DNA of 52,440 nt from Alphaproteobacteria bacterium. GTDB taxonomy: Bacteria > Pseudomonadota > Alphaproteobacteria > Rickettsiales > SXRF01. The stretch lies in contig RFOF01000003.1 of the NCBI GenBank assembly GCA_009926845.1, positions 1-52,440 of the forward strand, given 5' to 3'. The notes beneath the pieces were generated by a model that was not told where the DNA came from, did no database searches, and worked only from the letters and a program-made list of their open reading frames with translations. This document shows, one piece after another, positions 46,579-52,440 of this stretch (position 1 is the first letter of the stretch; every line of letters starts with the position of its first letter). Made by a program: the position numbers and the translations under genes.

Positions 46579-46911
46579 ATGACAGAGGAATTAATACAGC
46601 TAAATGAGGATGAATTTAACGAGCAGTTTCCGCTCGTGCATAATCATCTCAACCCCAGTGCAGGCTGGGTTTATATTTCAGAAAACGATGCCGATCAGCG
46701 CGGCTGCCTGTTTGAAACTTACGGGGCAGAATATGAATTTGTGGTCAGGCAAGACCCACGCTGCATTTGGACGCTGATGGATAATAACGACGGCGAGCCA
46801 CCATTTCTTGCCAGTGGATGCCGATGGGTAAATCGCCTCGGCTACCTGATTAGCAAAGTGCCAGTGCCAGAAGGCAAGACCATCGAAGTGGCTTTGCCAG
46901 ACTGGAAATAG
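46579..46911 (+). CDS. Hypothetical protein (mobile-element early-gene type)
   Basis: AAGGAG RBS; FETYGAE..FV, IWTL.D and G..WVNRLGYLI motifs. Confidence 0.7.
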   Translation: MTEELIQLNEDEFNEQFPLVHNHLNPSAGWVYISENDADQRGCLFETYGAEYEFVVRQDPRCIWTLMDNNDGEPPFLASGCRWVNRLGYLISKVPVPEGKTIEVALPDWK

Positions 46912-47007
46912 CCTAACCAACCCAACCAATGAGCCGTTGTGACCGCCGCCAAAGCAGCGGGTGGAAAATTGCGGCCTGAATTTGAAACATTAACAGGAGA
47001 ACAGATT

Positions 47008-47595
47008 ATGAAACCAGGACAGATAACTCACTACCAAGATATGACGGTGCTTGAATTCCCTCAGGAGGAATATCGCGGCTACCGCATCGTGCAATTTGAG
47101 GCGCAGAATTTCAGCGTCTATCACATGAGCAATATCCGACAGCGTGTGTGGGAAGCGCATACAGAGGCAGACTGCAAAAAATGGATTGATAGTCAGGTTG
47201 ACCGCCTAAGTGCCAACAAACTTGCGCGCAGCTTCCTTGAAGTTGCCTCTCGCCCAGTCGCATACGATGCAGAAGCAAAGGAGCAATTCCACCGACGCGG
47301 CAAAGCACTGCTAAAACAAATTGCCTGCGATTTGGGTTATGCCAAGGGCAGTTTCGATCTGCGAAACAACAAGGCAGGCATCGCGGTCAGCGGTGAAGTC
47401 ACTCTGCATACCGATGATTTGTATGTGCAGTTAGCACAAGGAAGTTGCGGTAGCGACCTTCAAATTCTCTACCGCTCATGCAAGCACCGCCGCGATTACA
47501 CAGGCGGAAGCAACAACTGGATGAGCTTTGCCCACCTCCGCAATTATGAAACCGTTTTAGAGCGGTTAAAAAACGCCAAGAGAAAGGCGGATTAA
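47008..47595 (+). CDS. Hypothetical protein (plasmid/phage type)
   Basis: AGGAG RBS; FDLRNNKAGIAVSGEVTLH..LYVQ and YRSC..RRDYTGG.NN motifs. Confidence 0.7.
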   Translation: MKPGQITHYQDMTVLEFPQEEYRGYRIVQFEAQNFSVYHMSNIRQRVWEAHTEADCKKWIDSQVDRLSANKLARSFLEVASRPVAYDAEAKEQFHRRGKALLKQIACDLGYAKGSFDLRNNKAGIAVSGEVTLHTDDLYVQLAQGSCGSDLQILYRSCKHRRDYTGGSNNWMSFAHLRNYETVLERLKNAKRKAD

Positions 47596-47602
47596 TGGTG
47601 TA

Positions 47603-47688
47603 TAAGCTATTGATATTTATAGTTATATATGCCGATTTTCCTTTACATAAAAGGTAAAAAAGCTAGAATAATTTTCACTACCACAACC
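47603..47688 (+). promoter_or_regulatory. Early-type promoter/leader, copy D, with IHF-consensus site
   Basis: TAAGCTATTGATA (47603-47615, reverse match to WATCAANNNNTTR), TTTACA-16-TAGAAT, ACTACCACAACC at 47677-47688. Confidence 0.65.
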
Positions 47689-47710
47689 ACCAAACCAAGA
47701 GGCAAAAACT

Positions 47711-48100
47711 ATGTGCATTTACAAAGAACATTACGAACGAATACTCAGTGTATTTCCTGCGGTTGCAGAAAGTGCGGCTCAGGATTGCATCACGATTCCA
47801 ACCAGCCCGATGACTGGCATCATCAAAGTAAAGCAGCGCGGGCAATCCGTGATGCGTCTGGAAATCGGCTTTCATTATCGGCACGGCGAAGAATTGCTGC
47901 CCGACCACAAAATGACCGTGAAACTCGATCTGCATGAGCGCAAAGCAATTCCAGAATCCATCTGGTTCAAATGCCGAGGCACGACGCACACACGTGAGCC
48001 AAAGAAGGGCGTGAATGAGCAGATTCTGAACGTGATGAATAATCGACTTACGAATTGGCTCGGCATCCTTGCCGGCAATGACAACGCAACAATCCACTAA
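47711..48100 (+). CDS. Hypothetical protein, diverged paralog of 48119-48535
   Basis: Shares the YERI...P, Y...G...PD..M...LDL...A.P and L..WL..L pattern with the next gene. Confidence 0.65.
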   Translation: MCIYKEHYERILSVFPAVAESAAQDCITIPTSPMTGIIKVKQRGQSVMRLEIGFHYRHGEELLPDHKMTVKLDLHERKAIPESIWFKCRGTTHTREPKKGVNEQILNVMNNRLTNWLGILAGNDNATIH

Positions 48101-48118
48101 TCAAAACAGGAGCTACCC

Positions 48119-48535
48119 ATGAACATGACAACTATCAGACAATTCAAAGCCAACTATGAACGCATCGTTGCGCTCATACCGAACATTGAGAACATGAAAC
48201 CCGGCGATGCAGGCAAACTCACCGCAGGCGGCTTCATGGATTTACACTATGACGCGCTCGACCGTCGCACGAACCGCTTGGATATTGCGCTGGCGCATTA
48301 CTACAAGCAGAATGGTGATTCAGTGCCAGACCCAGATATGCGCATCTGGCTTGACCTCGAAAAGAAGCTGGCTTTGCCAATGGCGATGCAAGATTTCCTT
48401 GGTTATCGCGAGTGCATTGATGAGAATGACCGCGTCCGTACCAAAGAGCTAGACAGGCAAAGTGCGTTTCTCAGCCAATGGCTGCGGAATTTGAAAGCTC
48501 AAGGTCATACCCTTGCTAACCACGAAGCGGCATAG
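48119..48535 (+). CDS. DUF1249-like protein
   Basis: GFMDL, LAHYYKQNGD..PDPDM and FLSQWLRNLK.QG motifs. Confidence 0.65.
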   Translation: MNMTTIRQFKANYERIVALIPNIENMKPGDAGKLTAGGFMDLHYDALDRRTNRLDIALAHYYKQNGDSVPDPDMRIWLDLEKKLALPMAMQDFLGYRECIDENDRVRTKELDRQSAFLSQWLRNLKAQGHTLANHEAA

Positions 48536-48543
48536 GAGGAGTT

Positions 48544-48966
48544 ATGGCAGATATGTATGGAGCACTTCGCTCAAACTTTTTCAAGGTCAAAGACGTTGAG
48601 AAATTCAAAGAATGGTTTGTGAAATATCACTTCGGTGATGATGTTGAGGTATGGGTAGAAAACGAAACAGAGCGTAGTGTCGGCTTTGGCAGTTATGAGA
48701 TGTACCCTTTTGCTCACCCTCGCATCCATGATGAGGAAGAAGATGAACTGGTTGATGCCGATCTGAATGTGTTTGCAAAAGAGCTATGCGAACACTTGGA
48801 AGCTGGTGAAGTTTTCTCGGTGACTTCTGGCGGAAATGAGAAGTTGCGGTATGTGTCGTATGACCAGCTCATCATCGCACAAGAGCATCCAGACCAACCA
48901 CTTTATGAGTATCGCAGCAGTCAGGATGACAACGATGTTTTGCTTAAAAGAGTCCGTGGTAAATGA
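48544..48966 (+). CDS. Acidic hypothetical protein
   Basis: AGGAGG RBS; RSNFFKVKD and G.EKLRYV motifs. Confidence 0.7.
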   Translation: MADMYGALRSNFFKVKDVEKFKEWFVKYHFGDDVEVWVENETERSVGFGSYEMYPFAHPRIHDEEEDELVDADLNVFAKELCEHLEAGEVFSVTSGGNEKLRYVSYDQLIIAQEHPDQPLYEYRSSQDDNDVLLKRVRGK

Positions 48967-48987
48967 TTGTTAAGGTACTGAAATTGC

Positions 48988-49033
48988 TGGATTTGTAATT
49001 TGTTCCTGCTATAATTTTGCCACTACCACAACC
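48988..49033 (+). promoter_or_regulatory. Early-type promoter/leader, copy E
   Basis: TGGATT-16-TATAAT, then ACTACCACAACC at 49022-49033. Confidence 0.65.
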
Positions 49034-49051
49034 ACCAAAAAAAGGACGAAT

Positions 49052-49465
49052 ATGCAAACCAGCAATTTCTGGAACTATACTGGTTCCGGTCGGATTATCA
49101 TCTCTCGCGGATTCCCCCGCAACCTTGGCGAAGGCTACAGACTTTACCGAGCATTAAACCCAGGCACATGGTTCAACAGCGAAGAATATAAATGCTGTGA
49201 AGAAAAATTTCGTGAGCGTTATTTTCGTGAAATTCTTAAACCGCTCAATCCGCAAAAAGTTTATGACCACCTGCACGAACTGGCAAAAGGTCATGAGCCT
49301 GTGCTGTTATGTTGGGAGAAAGACCCAAGCAAACCAGATGAATGGTGTCACCGCCGCATGGTGGCTGAATGGTTTGAAGAACATCTCGGCGTGAAAGTGC
49401 CAGAGTATGTCGTTGCCAAAAAGCCGAAGGCAAAATCAAAACAAGCATCTTTGTTTGAAGAATAA
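49052..49465 (+). CDS. DUF488-family protein
   Basis: ISRG.P, L.P..W and VLLCWEK...CHRRMVAEW motifs. Confidence 0.75.
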   Translation: MQTSNFWNYTGSGRIIISRGFPRNLGEGYRLYRALNPGTWFNSEEYKCCEEKFRERYFREILKPLNPQKVYDHLHELAKGHEPVLLCWEKDPSKPDEWCHRRMVAEWFEEHLGVKVPEYVVAKKPKAKSKQASLFEE

Positions 49466-49534
49466 TGGAGCGGCTACCGGGACTTGCACCCAGCTGACAA
49501 GGGGGCACCTGTGTCATCCTCTATAGGTCGCCGC
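49466..49534 (-). tRNA. Non-canonical tRNA-Gly(GCC)-like RNA, 69 nt, with encoded CCA
   Basis: GCGGCGA/TAGCCGC acceptor stem (one mismatch) plus U73 and CCA; T-arm CTGGG-TGCAAGT-CCCGG; anticodon arm TGACA...TGTCA with loop G-T-GCC-C-C; minimal D-arm CCT-ATAG-AGG. Confidence 0.7.
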
Positions 49535-49541
49535 ATAGTAT

Positions 49542-49574
49542 AATGCGCTTTCTGGTTTCTGGAAAGCGCATTTT
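49542..49574. terminator. Stem-loop between the tRNA-like gene and the next promoter
   Basis: AATGCGCTTTC-N9-GAAAGCGCATT followed by a T-rich stretch on the plus strand. Confidence 0.55.
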
Positions 49575-49579
49575 CTATT

Positions 49580-49705
49580 TAAGCTGTTGATTTTATGCGA
49601 ATTATTTTAGTTTCTCAGGTCGAATTTTGTGGACGGTAAAGGTCATTTAGATAGGATTTGGATAGGCACTAAAGCCTACTACCACAACCACCAAATTAAG
49701 GAGAA
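49580..49705 (+). promoter_or_regulatory. Early-type promoter/leader, copy B (close duplicate of copy A), with IHF-consensus site
   Basis: TAAGCTGTTGATT (49580-49592); CAGGTCGAATTTTGTGGACGGT identical to 43562-43583; TGGACG-16-TAGGAT; hairpin TAGGC-ACTAAA-GCCTA; ACTACCACAACC at 49678-49689. Confidence 0.7.
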
Positions 49706-49709
49706 CCCT

Positions 49710-50735
49710 ATGCCTAAAGCAACCGCCAAGAAAAAAGCTACGTCACCAAAACAAGCCAAGAAAGCCAAGCCTGCGAAAATCACTTGTCTGCACCAAGCCG
49801 CGCCGAACGATGTGATGCAGCAGCTTCCTCTCAATCAGATTTATGCCAACGATGAGCAAGCCCGTAAGCATTTCGATGAAACCGAACTGCGCCAACTTGC
49901 TGCGTCGATTAAGGTGCAAGGTCTGATTAGCCCGATTGTCGTAAGACCTGACGGCACAGGCAAATACATGATTGTTGCTGGTGAGCGTCGCTACCGCGCC
50001 TGCAAACTGCTTGAGCTGGAAAACGTCCAAGTCATCATCAAGCAGCTGTCTGATGCTTCGTTGACAGCGCAGATGATTATCGAGAACTTGCAGCGAGTTG
50101 ATATTTCACCGCTGGAAGAAGCCCGCGCATACCGCAAAGCGATGGATGATTTTGACTTAACGCCAGAGCAGTTAGCAGAAACAGTTGGCATCTTGCAGCC
50201 GTTCCGTGTGCATGACCGCCTGACGCTGTTGAACTTAAAACCTGAATATCAAATCTGTTTGGAGCAAGGGATATTGACACCCACCCAGGCATTTTACCTT
50301 TCAAAGGTTGCTCCTGAATATCAAGACCCATTCTGGCGCATGATCCGCAGCGGTAAAGTTGATAGCAGCGAACTTGCAGCGGTTGCTCAAACTTTTGCCG
50401 ATGCAGGCAACCAGCCTGAATTGTTTCCTGATGTGAAGCTGTCCGAAGAAGAAGTGCGGGCTCTGAAAAGTCTTGAGCAGCATATCGACACGATGGCACT
50501 CACCCTAAACCGCTTTTTCAATAAGGATGGGGAAATGGACATTGTGAAGAAGATCGACCGTATCCGTGCAAGCACGATTGCCGATAAGCTGGGTGCAATG
50601 GGCAAGACTTTAGCAATGGCGCAAAAGAAATTGCTTGAGCCTGTCGCGCAGAAGAAAGTCTTTGATGAATTGAGCGTGGCTGATGATGCGACCGAAAAAG
50701 CCGTTGCTACCGAAGAAGTGCTTGAAGCAGCGTGA
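49710..50735 (+). CDS. ParB/RepB/Spo0J-family protein
   Basis: ATG 49710 with AAGGAG RBS; QARKHF, GLISPIVVR, IVAGERRYRA (CTP-binding) and IENLQRVDISPLEEARAY motifs. Confidence 0.9.
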   Translation: MPKATAKKKATSPKQAKKAKPAKITCLHQAAPNDVMQQLPLNQIYANDEQARKHFDETELRQLAASIKVQGLISPIVVRPDGTGKYMIVAGERRYRACKLLELENVQVIIKQLSDASLTAQMIIENLQRVDISPLEEARAYRKAMDDFDLTPEQLAETVGILQPFRVHDRLTLLNLKPEYQICLEQGILTPTQAFYLSKVAPEYQDPFWRMIRSGKVDSSELAAVAQTFADAGNQPELFPDVKLSEEEVRALKSLEQHIDTMALTLNRFFNKDGEMDIVKKIDRIRASTIADKLGAMGKTLAMAQKKLLEPVAQKKVFDELSVADDATEKAVATEEVLEAA

Positions 50736-50740
50736 ATTTG

Positions 50741-50781
50741 AGAGGTCAGATGGTGCAAATGCTGTCTGACCTCTTTTTTTT
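50741..50781 (+). terminator. Rho-independent terminator after parB
   Basis: AGAGGTCAGA...TCTGACCTCT followed by a T run. Confidence 0.85.
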
Positions 50782-50987
50782 AGAGATTCATTTATGATGA
50801 AAGCGCGGGCAAATTTTCTTCCAAAGCTAGGAATACCAAGGCTTTCAATCATTAGGTGCGATTTTTTGACCTAGTCCCAAAAAGGTAAAAACACCACTTT
50901 TTGACCTCATTTTGAGGTGAAAACGGGTAAAAACAGGGTAAAACTAGGGATTTTTAGGGATACGAAATTCATTTATTCCGTGTGGGC

Positions 50988-51067
50988 AAAAAAAATCCCA
51001 GCTCGGTGGCTGGGACGTAATTTTTCGATTATGTGAAAACATTACATTATGCCGTGACGCTATGCAA
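50988..51067 (-). promoter_or_regulatory. Putative late promoter with an immediately downstream terminator (pR'/tR'-like)
   Basis: TTGCAT (51067-51062), 17 nt, TAATGT (51044-51039), then TCCCAGC-CACCGA-GCTGGGA-T8 (51015-50988). Points toward the late operon. Confidence 0.5.
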
Positions 51068-51152
51068 GATATTTTTTCAGTATTTCAGTAACTTAGCAAG
51101 TTTGCAAAGATTCAAGGCGAGCAAAGGTATAATATGTGACCATATAACCACT

Positions 51153-51229
51153 GTTATTATAGCTTTATCGGCTAATGCTATAACAATACCTCTTGTTATT
51201 ATATGATAATCGGTGTAAAGTATAATAAC
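51153..51229. promoter_or_regulatory. Two tandem inverted-repeat operators upstream of fic
   Basis: GTTATTATA-N17-TATAACAAT (51153-51187) and GTTATTATA-N17-TATAATAAC (51195-51229). Confidence 0.55.
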
Positions 51230-51270
51230 TAACCAGAAAAGCCATCCTTATTATAGTTTCGAGGACTAAA

Positions 51271-52440
51271 ATGACGACACAAGCAAGCCGCAGCGGGCAT
51301 TATGAGAAATTTGGAGAACACGAGCATTTCGTGCCGAAACCTCTGCCACCAGAGCCAGCCTTCCAGATGGATGCAGAGATGATCTCGCTCTATGGCGAAG
51401 CTATGCAGAGCTTGGGGCGGCTCGACGAGGTGGGAACCCGCATCCCCAGCAAGCGCCAGTTCATTGACGTGTACGTGGCAAAAGAAGCCGTGCTTTCCAG
51501 TGAAATTGAAGGCATCTACACCACGCTGACCGAAGTGCTTGAGTTTAATGCTCGCAAGAAAATGCGTGAAAACCGCAATGTTGAGGATGTGTTGAATTAC
51601 CTCGATGCGGTCAATCATGCCCTGAATATGGTTCGCGAACAGGGGTTGCCACTAACAAACCGTGTTATCAGGGAGAGCCACCAAGTTTTGCTGGCTGGTG
51701 CGCGGGGACAGACTAAAGCCCCAGGCGAGTTCCGAAAAGTTCCTGTGTTCGTCGGCAAGCTCGTGCCGCCTCCTGCCAATTATGTGCCTGATCTGATTCG
51801 TGACCTTGAGAAGTTCATTAACGAAGATAGCACCTGTGAGCCGCTTATCCGCGTTGGGCTTGCGCACGTCCAGTTTGAAACCATCCACCCATTTTTAGAT
51901 GGCAATGGCCGTATTGGTCGTTTGCTGATTGTGCTGATGATGTTGGAATACGGACTGTTGAAAGAGCCGATTTTGTATCCGTCCTTTTACTTCAAGAAAT
52001 TCCGCAGCGAGTATTACAGCAGGCTCGATGCCGTGCGCGTGAAGGCTGACTATGAGGGCTGGATTAAGTATTTTCTCCGTGGCGTAAAGGAATCCGCTGA
52101 TGATGTGGTTACCCGCGCGTGGCGGGTGGATACACTCATTCGTGAAAGCTCGGAACGCATCGAGGCTGCGCTTGGCCGCAACCGCGTGAAAGGCTTAAAG
52201 CTACTCGATAGCCTCTGCCATAATCCAGTAATGACCATCAATGACGTGGCAGAAGCAATTGAAACCACTTACCCGCCAGCAAAGAAGCTCGTGGATAAAT
52301 TCGTGGAAATAGGAATTTTGCAGCCCGAAGATGGGAAGCAGCGCAATCAGAGCTTTAAGTTTAAGCAGTATGAAAGAAGATCTATCTTTAACGCGCCGTT
52401 CTTAAGAAATACCGGAGGAATAACTCTTCCGCTTCCATCG
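51271..52440 (+). CDS. fic: Fic-domain protein (class II-like with C-terminal HTH), open to the window end
   Basis: GAGGA RBS and ATG 51271; inhibitory SSEIEG motif; canonical HPFLDGNGRIGR at about 51886-51921; no stop codon before 52440, so absent from the ORF track. Confidence 0.92.
   Translation, partial: MTTQASRSGHYEKFGEHEHFVPKPLPPEPAFQMDAEMISLYGEAMQSLGRLDEVGTRIPSKRQFIDVYVAKEAVLSSEIEGIYTTLTEVLEFNARKKMRENRNVEDVLNYLDAVNHALNMVREQGLPLTNRVIRESHQVLLAGARGQTKAPGEFRKVPVFVGKLVPPPANYVPDLIRDLEKFINEDSTCEPLIRVGLAHVQFETIHPFLDGNGRIGRLLIVLMMLEYGLLKEPILYPSFYFKKFRSEYYSRLDAVRVKADYEGWIKYFLRGVKESADDVVTRAWRVDTLIRESSERIEAALGRNRVKGLKLLDSLCHNPVMTINDVAEAIETTYPPAKKLVDKFVEIGILQPEDGKQRNQSFKFKQYERRSIFNAPFLRNTGGITLPLPS

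Larger units (their letters stand above)
15145..51070 (-). mobile_element. Prophage (siphovirus-type, RcGTA-like tail tip); boundaries approximate
   Basis: Colinear terminase-portal-head-connector-tail-tape measure-tail tip-fibre-lysis gene order. No integrase or att site identified in the window. Confidence 0.9.

Noticed and set aside
49466-49534. tRNA fragment as a prophage att site
   Set aside because: It is a full-length element with non-standard arms, no second copy of its 3' end was noticed, and genes with the same promoter motif lie on both sides.
43624-49689. ACTACCACAACC copies as CRISPR repeats or integron attC sites
   Set aside because: Only 12 nt, non-palindromic, irregularly spaced by whole genes, and mostly positioned between a -10 box and an RBS.
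2832-52268. Numerous antisense or alternate-frame ORFs of 60-270 aa (for example 44377-45183, 38061-38675, 34720-35301, 51229-51618, 23933-24181)
   Set aside because: They overlap well-supported genes, show no recognisable motifs, and are best explained as shadow ORFs.

Overview
Alphaproteobacterial-looking DNA with three blocks. (1) 1-1690: the 3' end of a porin gene and its terminator, then an orphan gene with seven 39-aa helical repeats resembling mTERF repeats. (2) 1810-15113 (+): a metal homeostasis island with a Cys/His-rich leader ORF, a czcCBA-type RND efflux pump, a His-rich periplasmic protein, outer-membrane barrels, two paralogous lipoproteins, a CDF transporter, and a Fur-boxed TonB-dependent receptor-tonB-exbB-exbD operon. 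(3) About 15145-51070: a siphovirus-type prophage whose late operon runs on the minus strand (MTase/GNAT-like enzyme, ParB, terS, terL, DUF4055-type portal, head, tail with a -1 frameshift chaperone, tape measure, RcGTA-like tail tip, fibres, lysis). Between that operon and a pR'-like late promoter lies a plus-strand cassette of early or anti-defence-type genes sharing one promoter/leader design (ACTACCACAACC). A Fic gene runs off the right edge. No integrase, repressor or replication gene is visible. The most notable observation is an unannotated 69-nt non-canonical tRNA-Gly(GCC)-like gene (49466-49534, minus) on the same strand as a packaging-linked MTase-GNAT enzyme, suggesting a phage-encoded glycyl donor for DNA hypermodification. 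All family assignments come from motif recognition by eye; no database searches were run.
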